Notes: generated by a model from the letters alone, not told the origin. Shown: positions 16,721 to 25,829, numbered from the stretch's first letter. The stretch is 31,121 nt of DNA from Candidatus Methylomirabilia bacterium (GCA_041492755.1 JBGPXN010000043.1:1-31121), one strand, 5' to 3'. A program made the numbers and translations.

Positions 16721-17151
16721 CCGTCTACGTCGATACCAGCGCGCTCCTCAAGCTCTACGTGGAAGAGGCGGGCTCGGGCGCCGTCCGTGGCTGGCTCGCC
16801 GAGGCCAGCGGGCTGGCGACCTCGGCCCTGACCTACGTCGAAGCGCGCTCCGCGCTCGCGCGGCGTCGGCGGGCGCGAGAGCTATCGCCGGCGGATCACC
16901 GCACCATCGTCCGAACGCTGGACCTCGATTGGCAGCGATATGTCGTCATCGAAGCCAGAGACGTCGTCCTCGAAGAAGCGGTGCGGCTCGCCGACGTCCA
17001 TGCGCTCCGTGGGTATGACGCCATCCATCTCGCTTCCGCGGTCCTCCTGCGTCGCCGGCTGGAGGATCGCGTCGCCCTGGCCTCCTGGGACGACGACCTC
17101 GATGCTGCCGCCGGCGACGAGGGATTCGAGGTGCTTCGGCGGCGGCGCTGA
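16717..17151 (+). CDS. vapC: VapC PIN-domain toxin (144 aa, CTG start)
   Basis: In-frame (L)TVYVDTSALLKLYVEE lies upstream of the ORF-track start; TYVEARSAL, LRGYDAIHLASA, SWDDDL. CTG overlaps the antitoxin TGA, with GAGGG 6 nt upstream. Confidence 0.9.
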   Translation: MTVYVDTSALLKLYVEEAGSGAVRGWLAEASGLATSALTYVEARSALARRRRARELSPADHRTIVRTLDLDWQRYVVIEARDVVLEEAVRLADVHALRGYDAIHLASAVLLRRRLEDRVALASWDDDLDAAAGDEGFEVLRRRR

Positions 17152-17209
17152 TCCGTCACCCGCGGTCGAGCACGGGCTTCACCTCTTCCGCCGGCAGATC
17201 GCGCGTGAG

Positions 17210-17956
17210 CTATCGGCGGCGGGAACGGAAGACCGACCGCAGACCAAAGTACGCGAACGCATCCTTCAGATCGGAGAAGAGCCGCTTCACCGGCGTCATC
17301 GCCGGGTCCGTCACGAACTCCATGGTCAGGCTCACGCGCTCTTCGTCCGCACCGAGCGGCGTGATCGAGTGCCACAGCTTGTCGCCGTTGAAGAACACGA
17401 GCGTGCCCGGGTCGGTGGTGAGGCGGAGCTCTTGCATCGGGCGGGCCGGATCGTCCTTGTAGAGCTGGCACACGAGCCGGCTCGAGGAGCGCTCGACCAG
17501 GCCGAGCAGCACGGTGTAGCGGCTGCCCTTGTAGTAGGACGTGTCGTAGTGAAAGCCGATGTGATCGCCGGGCTCCGTGTAGAAGTAGAGCGCGCACGCG
17601 TGCGGATCGCGGTCGGGGCAGCGCGTGAGGCCGCGGCCGGTGACGGCGCCGAGGAACTCGAGGAACGCGGGCGCGCGGTAGAGGGCGAGGATGGCGGGCG
17701 CCTGCTCGACGAGCGTGTGGTAGCTGACGCTGCCGCCCTTCTTGTGGCGCGGAATGTAGTTGCGGTGCAGGAGCGGGCGCGTGCGGTCGACGTCGGCGAC
17801 GAACCGTTCGACGAGCGCGGCCGGTAGCGCGCGCTCAAGGACGAGGAATTCGTTCTGGGCCCAGTACGTCGCGCGCGCGGCGGCCACGTCGAGCCGGCGC
17901 ACCGCGGCCGCGATCTCCTCCCGCAGGTCGTCGACGGCGTCCCGCACCGACTCCAC
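17210..17956 (-). CDS. 2OG-Fe(II) oxygenase-family protein
   Basis: HIGFHYD (HxD), GTLVFFNGDKLWHSITP (distal His), RVSL (2OG-binding RxS); GGAGGAAGG RBS. Confidence 0.85.
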   Translation of the reverse strand: MESVRDAVDDLREEIAAAVRRLDVAAARATYWAQNEFLVLERALPAALVERFVADVDRTRPLLHRNYIPRHKKGGSVSYHTLVEQAPAILALYRAPAFLEFLGAVTGRGLTRCPDRDPHACALYFYTEPGDHIGFHYDTSYYKGSRYTVLLGLVERSSSRLVCQLYKDDPARPMQELRLTTDPGTLVFFNGDKLWHSITPLGADEERVSLTMEFVTDPAMTPVKRLFSDLKDAFAYFGLRSVFRSRRR

Positions 17957-18006
17957 GCCTTCCTCCTCCGCTCGGCATCGCGGATACGCGGCCGCGCCGC
18001 CGGAGC

Positions 18007-18029
18007 ATCATACACGACTGTGCTACACT
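18007..18029. promoter_or_regulatory. Divergent -10 elements for the oxygenase (-) and ino1-hpnN (+)
   Basis: Minus strand TATGAT (18012-18007); plus strand TG-c-TACACT (18021-18029). Confidence 0.5.
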
Positions 18030-18109
18030 CACCTCCGCATCACATCGTTCCCCGCTGATTTGCGATCAGCGCGCCGGTGTCCGCTCGACGCCGGTGAGGG
18101 AGGCACGCC

Positions 18110-19183
18110 GTGAGCTCCGTCCGAGTGGCGATCGTTGGCGTCGGCAACTGCGCCTCCTCGCTGATCCAGGGTATTCAGTACTACCGCCACGCCGCCGAGA
18201 ACCAGTTCATTCCCGGCCTCATGCACGCCCGCCTCGGCGACTACCACGTCGGCGACATCGAGTTCTCGGCGGCCTTCGACATCGACGAGCGCAAGGTCGG
18301 CCGCGACCTGGCGGATGCGATCTGGCAGGCGCCGAACAACACCGTCCGCTTCGCGGACGTCCCGCCCCTCGGCGTGCCCGTGCATCGCGGGATGACCCAC
18401 GACGGCCTCGGCACCTACCTCGCGCAGATGATCAAGAAAGCGCCCGGGAGCACGGCCGACATCGCCGGCATCCTGCGCGACACCGGCACCCACGTGGTCG
18501 TGAACTACCTGCCGGTGGGCAGCGAGATGGCGACCAAGTGGTACGTCGAGCAGGTGCTCGACGCCGGCTGCGCGTTCGTGAACTGTATTCCGGTCTTCAT
18601 CGCGCGGGAGGCCTACTGGCGCCGGCGCTTCGAGGAGCGCGGCCTGCCCGTGGTGGGGGACGACGTGAAGTCACAAGTCGGCGCCACCATCGTGCACCGC
18701 GTGCTCACCCGGCTCTTCGGCGAGCGCGGCGTGCGGCTCGATCACACCAGCCAGCTCAACTTCGGGGGCAACACCGATTTCTACAACATGCTGGAGCGGG
18801 ATCGGCTCGCCTCCAAGAAGATCTCCAAGACCGATTCGGTCCGCTCGCAGCTCGCCCACGAGCTCGACGCCGATGCCGTGCACATCGGCCCCAGCGACTA
18901 CGTACCCTGGCTGGCCGACCGCAAGTGGGCCCACATCCGCCTGGAAGGCCGCGGGTTCGGTGATCAGCCGATCTCGGTCGAGCTCAAGCTGGAGGTGTGG
19001 GACTCGCCGAATTCGGCCGGAGTCGTCATCGACGCCATCCGGTCCTGCAAGATCGCGCTGGACCGGGGAATCAAAGGGGCATTGGCCGCGCCCTCCGCCT
19101 ACCTCATGAAGTCGCCACCCGAGCAGTGGGACGACGAGACCGCCCGGAAGCGGCTCGAGCGGTTCATCGCCGGCGAAGAGTAG
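18110..19183 (+). CDS. ino1: myo-inositol-1-phosphate (inositol-3-phosphate) synthase
   Basis: [62 protein letters not shown]. Confidence 0.96.
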   Translation: MSSVRVAIVGVGNCASSLIQGIQYYRHAAENQFIPGLMHARLGDYHVGDIEFSAAFDIDERKVGRDLADAIWQAPNNTVRFADVPPLGVPVHRGMTHDGLGTYLAQMIKKAPGSTADIAGILRDTGTHVVVNYLPVGSEMATKWYVEQVLDAGCAFVNCIPVFIAREAYWRRRFEERGLPVVGDDVKSQVGATIVHRVLTRLFGERGVRLDHTSQLNFGGNTDFYNMLERDRLASKKISKTDSVRSQLAHELDADAVHIGPSDYVPWLADRKWAHIRLEGRGFGDQPISVELKLEVWDSPNSAGVVIDAIRSCKIALDRGIKGALAAPSAYLMKSPPEQWDDETARKRLERFIAGEE

Positions 19184-22048
19184 TTGGTTCCGCTCTCCCG
19201 GACCGGGCGCCTCCTGCGCCGGTTGGTGCGGGTCTCCTGCGCATATCCCGCCCTGACCGTTCTCCTTGCCGTCGGCCTCGCCGCCGCGTCCGTCGTCTAC
19301 GCGCTCACGCATCTCGCCTTCGCGACCTCCACCCGCGCGCTGCTCCCGCGCAACCAGCCCTATATCGAGCGCTACGTCCAGTACGACAAAGAGTTCGGCG
19401 AGCTCGACGACCTCGTCGTGGTGGTGGAGGCCTCGTCCCTGCCCGAGGCGAAGGTCTACGCGAGCCGGCTCGTGCGCGAGCTTCGGGCCAACCGCGCGCC
19501 GTTGCGGCGGGTCGCCTACCGGATCGACCCCAAGCAGTTCGAGGGGCGCGCGCTCCTCTACCTGTCGAAGGAGAAGCTGGCCGAGATCCGCGACCGCATC
19601 TACGACTACCAGGAGTTCATGGAAGCGTTCGCGACGCGGCCGGCCCTGGACCAGCTCGTCGAAGGCATCGCCACCCAGATCGCCAACGCCTTCGTGACCG
19701 GCTTCTTCGATCTCGGCCTCGAGGACAAGAAGGGCGGCGCGGACCTGAAGTTCATCGAGGATCTCGTCGCGCAGGTCGGGGGCCGCCTGGAGCGCCCGGC
19801 GCCGTACCAGTCGCCGTGGGGCGCCCTGTTCTCGGTCGGTGGGGGCGGTGAAGAGGAAGGGAGCGCCGGGTATTTCCTCTCCGACGACCAGAAGCTCCTG
19901 TTCATCCTGGCCGAGATCGAGAGCGACGCCAACAGCTTTACCGGCGACCGACGCGCCATCGACGCCGTGCGTGCGGTCGTCATATCGCTCCGAAGCGAGT
20001 TCCCGGAGGTCAAGGTCGGGGTCACCGGCAAGCCGGCCCTGGCCAACGACGAGATGACGGCCGCCTTCGGCGACAGCGAGAAGGCCACGCTCGTCGCCTT
20101 CGCCCTCACCCTCGGACTGCTCCTCGTCGCATTCCTCCGCATCGGCAAGCCGATCATCATGCTGGTCGTCCTCGCCCTCAGCCTCTGCTGGTCGATCGGG
20201 GTGGCGACGCTGCTGGTCGGCCACCTGTCGCTCTTCTCGGTGATGTTCATCTCGATCGTCATCGGCATCGGGATCGACTACGGCATCTACTTCCTCTTCC
20301 GCTACGAAGAGGAGCTGTTCCTGGGGCGCACGCTGTCGGAAGCGCTCGAGGTGACCGCGGCGCGTAGCGGGCCGGGCATGCTCCTGGGCGCGGTGACGGC
20401 CGCCGGCACCTTCTACGTCCTCACCCTCACCGATTTTCGGGGCGTCCAGGAGCTCGGGCTCATCGCGGGCACGGCCCTGCTGTTCGCGTGGCTTGCCATG
20501 ATGGCCGTGTTCCCGGCCACCCTCGTCCTGGTCGACCGGCGCCGGGCGCCCGGGGCCCCCCGGCCGATGCCGCGCGCCCTGCAACTGGAGCGCGTGCACG
20601 TTCCGCTGGTGGACCGGCTGTCCCGCCAGCCGCGGGTCGTGCTCGTCCTGGCCGCGCTGCTCACGCTCGCCTCGGCCTGGGGACTCCGCTACGTCCGCTT
20701 CGACTACAACCTGCTCAACCTCCAGGCGGAGGGCACCGAGTCCGTCGTCTGGGAGAAGCGCATCCTCGCCACCGCCCACCGGTCCGGCTTCGCCGCCCTC
20801 GCCTCCGCCGAGAACGTGGACGAGCTGCGGCGCAAGCACATGGCGTTCGCCAAGCTCACCAGCGTGTCCGAGATCGACTCCGCGCTCCTGCTCCTTCCCT
20901 CGGACCAGGCGGAGAAGGAAAAGATCATCCGCGATTTCGCGCCGGTGGTGGCGCCGGTGCGGATCGCGCGACCGGTTCCGCTGGACATCGAGCGCCTGCT
21001 CACGAGCTTCGAGACGCTGCGCCGCCGGCTCGACATCGCGGCCACCGAAGCGCCACCGGGCGACGCCCAGCACCGGCTCGCTCGCGTCACCGGCGACATC
21101 GGCCGCCTGATCCTCAAGATCCGGCAAACCGATCGCGAGGTGGTGGATGCGGCCTTCAGCCTCCTGCAGCGCCAGCTCTACCAGGACTTCGTGCGCAGCT
21201 TCCAGCGCGTGCAGGCGAACCTCAATCCCCGGCGGATCGGTCTCGAAGACCTGCCCGCCGAGCTGCGCCAGAAGTTCGTGAGCGCCAAGGGCCGCTTCCT
21301 CATGCAGATCCATCCGGCCGTCGACATCTGGGATCGGGAGGGCGCGCGGAAGTTCGTGAGCGACCTGCGAAGCGTCGATCCCGAGGTGACCGGCACGCCG
21401 GTCATCACGTACGAGGCGATCCGTCTCATGGAGCGCGCGTATCAGCAGGGCACGCTCTACGCCATCGTGCTCGTCTCCGCCATCACCGCGGTCACGATCC
21501 GCCGATGGCGGGAGACGATGCTGGCGTTACTGCCCCTCGGGCTCGGCCTGCTGTGGACCACCGGCCTCATGTCCCTGTTCGACCTCAAGTTCACGCTCGG
21601 CAACGTCTTCGGCCTGCCGCTGATCCTGGGCGCCGCCGCCGAGTACGGACTCAACGTCGTGCTGCGATTCATGGAGCACAGCCGTGAGGAGGATGCCCCA
21701 CTGGTGGCACGCAGCACGGTGATGGCGGTGCTGGTCAACGGGCTGACCACGATCGTGGGCTTCGGCAGCCTGATGATCGCGCACCACCGCGGCATCTTCG
21801 GACTGGGGTTGCTGCTCACGCTCGGGACGGCGACGAGCTTGATCGCCTCCCTCGTCGTGCTGCCGGTCCTGCTCCGCCTCGTGCAGCAACGCCGTCTCGC
21901 GCGCCGCCGCGCCCGTCAAGCCGCGACGGCGGCCGCGGTGGCGGGCGCCGTCACCGCGTCGGAGGGAGGCACCGCCTCCATTCCGACCGGCCGTGGAACT
22001 TCGGCCCGCTCCACGACTTCCCCGCCCGATCGACCAGAGCGACCCTAG
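19184..22048 (+). CDS. hpnN: HpnN-like MMPL/RND hopanoid transporter
   Basis: Two RND halves with large periplasmic loops; GIGIDYGIY, FRGVQELG, RFDYNLLNLQ, GFGSLMIAHHRGIFGLG. TTG start immediately follows the ino1 TAG (start uncertain). Confidence 0.88.
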   Translation: MVPLSRTGRLLRRLVRVSCAYPALTVLLAVGLAAASVVYALTHLAFATSTRALLPRNQPYIERYVQYDKEFGELDDLVVVVEASSLPEAKVYASRLVRELRANRAPLRRVAYRIDPKQFEGRALLYLSKEKLAEIRDRIYDYQEFMEAFATRPALDQLVEGIATQIANAFVTGFFDLGLEDKKGGADLKFIEDLVAQVGGRLERPAPYQSPWGALFSVGGGGEEEGSAGYFLSDDQKLLFILAEIESDANSFTGDRRAIDAVRAVVISLRSEFPEVKVGVTGKPALANDEMTAAFGDSEKATLVAFALTLGLLLVAFLRIGKPIIMLVVLALSLCWSIGVATLLVGHLSLFSVMFISIVIGIGIDYGIYFLFRYEEELFLGRTLSEALEVTAARSGPGMLLGAVTAAGTFYVLTLTDFRGVQELGLIAGTALLFAWLAMMAVFPATLVLVDRRRAPGAPRPMPRALQLERVHVPLVDRLSRQPRVVLVLAALLTLASAWGLRYVRFDYNLLNLQAEGTESVVWEKRILATAHRSGFAALASAENVDELRRKHMAFAKLTSVSEIDSALLLLPSDQAEKEKIIRDFAPVVAPVRIARPVPLDIERLLTSFETLRRRLDIAATEAPPGDAQHRLARVTGDIGRLILKIRQTDREVVDAAFSLLQRQLYQDFVRSFQRVQANLNPRRIGLEDLPAELRQKFVSAKGRFLMQIHPAVDIWDREGARKFVSDLRSVDPEVTGTPVITYEAIRLMERAYQQGTLYAIVLVSAITAVTIRRWRETMLALLPLGLGLLWTTGLMSLFDLKFTLGNVFGLPLILGAAAEYGLNVVLRFMEHSREEDAPLVARSTVMAVLVNGLTTIVGFGSLMIAHHRGIFGLGLLLTLGTATSLIASLVVLPVLLRLVQQRRLARRRARQAATAAAVAGAVTASEGGTASIPTGRGTSARSTTSPPDRPERP

Positions 22049-22287
22049 CCTGGACGATTCGTGAACGCGCACCGCGATCGACCGGGGGGGCACGGGCGGA
22101 GATGGGGGGATGGGGTCCGGGTGACCCATTTCCCGCCACGCGAGACGACGACATCGCCGTATGGAATGGGAACGGCTCCCCGGTGATCGGTACGCCGTCG
22201 GCTGTGGTCAGAGGACCCCGTCCCCCCATCTCCGGCCGTGCCCCCCAGTCGGCGAACGCGTCGCGCGTTCACGAATAGTCCAGGCTA
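22046..22287. mobile_element. MITE-like non-autonomous element / long inverted-repeat hairpin (242 bp)
   Basis: 25-bp terminal inverted repeats, 24/25 identical (TAGCCTGGACgATTCGTGAACGCGC at 22046-70 vs GCGCGTTCACGAATaGTCCAGGCTA at 22263-87). Inner inverted arms 22080-22118 and 22213-22250. TA at both ends; no transposase. Confidence 0.75.
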
Positions 22288-22712
22288 AGTGCCAGGTACG
22301 CGTCGACGTGCCGCGCAAACTCGACGAAGTCCTCGAGCCCGGAATTCAACAGCTCGTGGATCCGCTGGACGTCGACGCCGAGATACCCGTGAACGAGGAC
22401 GTTCCGGAAGCCGGCAATGCCGCGAAACCGTGCCGCGAAGTCGACAGGGAGCACCCCAACCTCCCGCAGGACATCGATGGCGCCGGCATAGTCCGGGGCG
22501 TCGCGTCCGGTACCCGCGGCGATGTGGGTGGCGATGTCGAGAGCGTTCTGGGCACAGAGATGGAGTCCTCGCTCCACGGTCCACTGCTCGTCGGAGTCGG
22601 CGAGGAACGCCGGGAGAGGTCGGCCGGCATGGCGCCGCAACTGCTGAACGGCGGCGTCGAGGGCGAGCAGGTGACGCCGGATGACCGCGGCGTCGACCTG
22701 ACCCGGGCTCAT
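22269..22712 (-). CDS. hepT: HEPN (DUF86) ribonuclease toxin, type VII TA
   Basis: VERGLHLCAQNALDIATH, GFRNVLVHGY (RX4HXY). Confidence 0.92.
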   Translation of the reverse strand: MSPGQVDAAVIRRHLLALDAAVQQLRRHAGRPLPAFLADSDEQWTVERGLHLCAQNALDIATHIAAGTGRDAPDYAGAIDVLREVGVLPVDFAARFRGIAGFRNVLVHGYLGVDVQRIHELLNSGLEDFVEFARHVDAYLALSLDYS

Positions 22713-23143
22713 CGACCGAAACGGCCCGCGGCGATCCGCGCCCGGTGGGTGGCGTCGATCTTCGCGAGCTGCGGCAGGTAATCGCAGTACCGTGAGAGCG
22801 CGCGCCCCTCGCGGGTCGTCGTCGCCCGCAGATCGCGCGAGAAGACGCGGACCCCGTCACGCAGAACGCGATGGTAGAGGAGCGGGGGCGCGGCGTTGAG
22901 GACGACGACGTCGACGCGGTTGGTCGCGAGCGCGCGGATCAGCGCCGTCGACAGGTCGGCGACGTAACCGAACGCCGAGGTCACCGGTCGAGCATCGTCG
23001 AGGAGATAGACGGCGACGTCGACGTCGCTGTGCGCCTGGGCGCGTCCCGAAGCCGTGGAGCCGAAGAGATAGGCTTCAAGGATCTCGCCCCGCGCCTCGA
23101 GGACCGCCGCGAGCTTCGCCAGCAGCGCGTCGTCGTACGGCAT
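22709..23143 (-). CDS. mntA: Minimal nucleotidyltransferase antitoxin, type VII TA (144 aa)
   Basis: YLFGSTASGRAQAHSDVDVAV (GSX10DXD), VDVVVLNAAPPLLYHRVLRDG. ATG 23143 overlaps the helicase TGA. Confidence 0.92.
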   Translation of the reverse strand: MPYDDALLAKLAAVLEARGEILEAYLFGSTASGRAQAHSDVDVAVYLLDDARPVTSAFGYVADLSTALIRALATNRVDVVVLNAAPPLLYHRVLRDGVRVFSRDLRATTTREGRALSRYCDYLPQLAKIDATHRARIAAGRFGR

Positions 23144-25722
23144 CAAATCAGCGCCGATTCGAGCACGATGCCGCGATCGATGACCCGGGCGGCCTGGGCG
23201 CAGAGCCGCGCGGTCAGCGGCGGGACCTCGGCGCTTTCGGCGAGCTGGCGGAGCAGGTCGATGAGCCGGCGCATGGCGCGGATGAGATCGCCCTCGTGCC
23301 CGCCGAACGATTGCGCGACGATCGCCGGCCAATCGTCCTCGCCGGAGGCCCAGCGGAACACCGCGGGCATGAAGCCCGCGTGCACGGCGACGGGCATCGC
23401 GAGATGCCGCGCGCGCTGCGCCTGCTCGACCGCCACCGCGGCCGCCTCGAGCTGCTCGAGCTTCCGCCGGAGCTTCGGTCGCTTCCGGAGGAACATCCGC
23501 GCGAGCCCGGGCTCGCCGGAGCGCGCCTCCTCGAGGAGCGCGGCGCACGTCGCCGCCGCCTCGGCCAGGGTGACGTCCTCCAGCACGCCGCGGGTGACCG
23601 CCTCCGCCACCAACAGCTCGTTGTCGTGGCGGAAGCCGGCGACGAGCCGGCCCTTGGCCGTGAGCGCGCGGTCGTGAACGGCTCCGAATTGATCGAGCAC
23701 CTCGACCACGCTCAGGAATTCCTGCCAGTACGCGTTGCGGGCGGCGTCGAGCGCGGCGCGCCGCTGGGCCAGCCGCTCGCGCCCGCGCTCGAGCTCACGC
23801 CAGGCCGGGTCGCACCGGGTCGTCGAGCCCCACGGACAGCGATGGCACTCGATCGAGGCCAGCGCCGTTTCGGGGCGCTGCGCCCTTTCGCGGTCGACGA
23901 GTCCGCGTACGTCCGCGCGCTCCAGCTCTTCGGCGAGGTGCCGCAGGTCGCGCGGGTTGCTGCGATCGCGGGGCACGGGCAGCGGCGGCGTGGACCAGAA
24001 GATCTGCTTGATCGCGCCGGCCTTGAGCCGGACGACGGCACCGTGCGGCAGCAGCGCATCCACGAGGGCGCGGTGACCGCGGATCGAATGCACCGCCAGC
24101 ACGACCGCGAGGCTCGGTCCGCCCCGCCGCCGCACGAGCGCCATCCGTCCGGGCTCCGCTTCGATGGTGCCCCGTTCGCGCGCCCCGCGACCCGATGCGC
24201 GCCGGCGCGCCTCGGCTTCCCCGCGCAGCTGGCGATAGCGCCCGATGCGGGGGAACTCCCCGCACGGCGCCGCGAAGGCTTCCGCCTCGGCCACCGCGGC
24301 TTCCAGGCGGCGGACGTCGGCTTCGAGCTCCTGCATGGTCTTGAGGTTCTGGTGCTGACCGAAGGAGGCCTCGATGCGCTTGCGGAGCACCTCGGGCGGC
24401 GCGCCGGTCGCGAGCAGCAGCGCGACCGACCCGTAGCCGAGCTTGAACCGGCTCTCGATCGGCTCGGGCGCCGCGTCGACCAGGCGCACGATCTCGTCGA
24501 CGCCGTCGCGCGCGTCGAGCGCGATCACGCACTGCCCTTCGGCGTCGATCCCGCGCCGCCCGGCCCGGCCCGCCATCTGGGTCAGCTCGTTGTGGCTCAG
24601 CGAACGGAAGCCGCGCTCGGTGCGCTTGGTCGTGCCCTGCAGCACGACGCTGCGCGCCGGCATGTGGATGCCGAGGCTCATCGTCTCCGTCGCGAAGACG
24701 ACCTTGCAGAGCCCGCGCGCGAACAGCCGCTCGATCAGCCGCTTGAGGCCGGGCAAGATCCCCGCGTGGTGCACGGCCACGCCGAGGCGCAGCGCCTGGA
24801 ACACCGTCTGGTTCAGCTCGGAGTCGGCCAGCGTCGGGCTCTCGGCGGTCGCCTCGGCGATCGCTTCGTCCACCTCCCGCCGCTGGTCGCGTCCGATCAA
24901 CGCCCGTCCTTCCGTGAGGACTTCCTGCATCGCCCGCTCACACCCGACGCGGCTGAAGATGAAGTAGATGGTCGGCAACCAGCCCCGCGCCTCGAGCGCC
25001 TCGACCAGGACGCTCGGCCCGACCACCCGGCGCGTGTACCAGCGGCCGCGGTCGTCCTGGCCGCGCGGCTCGTCACCGACGATGCGCGCCCGGCCGGCCC
25101 GGACCTTGTCGAGATCGTGGATCTCGCCGGCGAGATCGGCCAGCACGTAGGACAGCGGCACCGGACGGTGCGGGTGGAAGATGGGCACGATCGGACGGTG
25201 GACGAGGGAGATCCACTCCGCGATCTCGCCGACGTTGGCCACCGTGGCCGAGAGCGCCACCAGCATCACGTCGCGCGGGGCGTTCACGATGATCTCTTCC
25301 CACACGGTCCCGCGGCCCTCGTCGCCCATGTAATGGCACTCGTCGAGCACCACGTAGCCGAGCTCGTGGAGGCCGCCGGTGTAGAACATGTTGCGGAGGA
25401 TCTCGGTCGTCATGATGAGCACGCGGCCGCGGGGGTTGACCTTGACGTCGCCGGTCAGGATGCCGACGGTGTCCTCGCCGTAGACGCGGGTGAAGTCGTT
25501 GAACTTCTGGTTGGACAGCGCCTTGAGCGGCGTGGTGTAGGCGATGCGCAGGCCGCGCTCGAGGGCGGCCTGGATGGCGAACTCCGCGACCAGGGTCTTG
25601 CCCGCGCCCGTGGGCGCGGACACGATCACCGACCGGCCGTCAGCGATCGCCCGGCACGCCTCGACCTGAAAGTCGTCGAGCGCAAACGGAAAGCTCGCCC
25701 GAAAGCGCTCGAAAAGCTCCAT
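23143..25722 (-). CDS. Ski2/HelY-like DExH-box RNA helicase with DSHCT C-terminal domain (859 aa)
   Basis: FALDDFQ, APTGAGKT, TPLKALSNQK, DECH, LSAT, HHAG, ATET, QMAGRAGRRG, EGDLIRAMRRLIDLLRQL. Start moved to ATG 25722 (MELFERF). Confidence 0.93.
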   Translation of the reverse strand: MELFERFRASFPFALDDFQVEACRAIADGRSVIVSAPTGAGKTLVAEFAIQAALERGLRIAYTTPLKALSNQKFNDFTRVYGEDTVGILTGDVKVNPRGRVLIMTTEILRNMFYTGGLHELGYVVLDECHYMGDEGRGTVWEEIIVNAPRDVMLVALSATVANVGEIAEWISLVHRPIVPIFHPHRPVPLSYVLADLAGEIHDLDKVRAGRARIVGDEPRGQDDRGRWYTRRVVGPSVLVEALEARGWLPTIYFIFSRVGCERAMQEVLTEGRALIGRDQRREVDEAIAEATAESPTLADSELNQTVFQALRLGVAVHHAGILPGLKRLIERLFARGLCKVVFATETMSLGIHMPARSVVLQGTTKRTERGFRSLSHNELTQMAGRAGRRGIDAEGQCVIALDARDGVDEIVRLVDAAPEPIESRFKLGYGSVALLLATGAPPEVLRKRIEASFGQHQNLKTMQELEADVRRLEAAVAEAEAFAAPCGEFPRIGRYRQLRGEAEARRRASGRGARERGTIEAEPGRMALVRRRGGPSLAVVLAVHSIRGHRALVDALLPHGAVVRLKAGAIKQIFWSTPPLPVPRDRSNPRDLRHLAEELERADVRGLVDRERAQRPETALASIECHRCPWGSTTRCDPAWRELERGRERLAQRRAALDAARNAYWQEFLSVVEVLDQFGAVHDRALTAKGRLVAGFRHDNELLVAEAVTRGVLEDVTLAEAAATCAALLEEARSGEPGLARMFLRKRPKLRRKLEQLEAAAVAVEQAQRARHLAMPVAVHAGFMPAVFRWASGEDDWPAIVAQSFGGHEGDLIRAMRRLIDLLRQLAESAEVPPLTARLCAQAARVIDRGIVLESALI

Positions 25723-25730
25723 ATTTTTCC

Positions 25731-25739
25731 AAAGTATCA
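25731..25739 (-). promoter_or_regulatory. Extended -10 for the helicase (probably leaderless)
   Basis: Minus strand TG-a-TACTTT, 8 nt before the ATG at 25722; no SD. Confidence 0.5.
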
Positions 25740-25746
25740 CGGAAGC

Positions 25747-25829
25747 TTCGAGCGCCGGCTCCGCCGGCGCCATCGTCTTTGTTCCGCCGGTGGGGGGTAT
25801 CGGGGGGAGCGGCGGTCGCGCCCCCCGAT
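25747..25829. repeat. Third copy of palindromic repeat family A
   Basis: ttcgagcgccggctccgccggcgccatc...gttccgccggtggggggtatcggggggagcggcggtcgcgccccccgat, homologous to 93-187. Confidence 0.9.

Noticed and set aside
17210..17956. Oxygenase as a BesD-type halogenase
   Set aside because: The iron motif is HxD (HYD), not the HxG/A of halogenases.
22161..22781. ORFs within or crossing the MITE-like element as a transposase
   Set aside because: No DDE or HUH motifs; mostly antisense to hepT.
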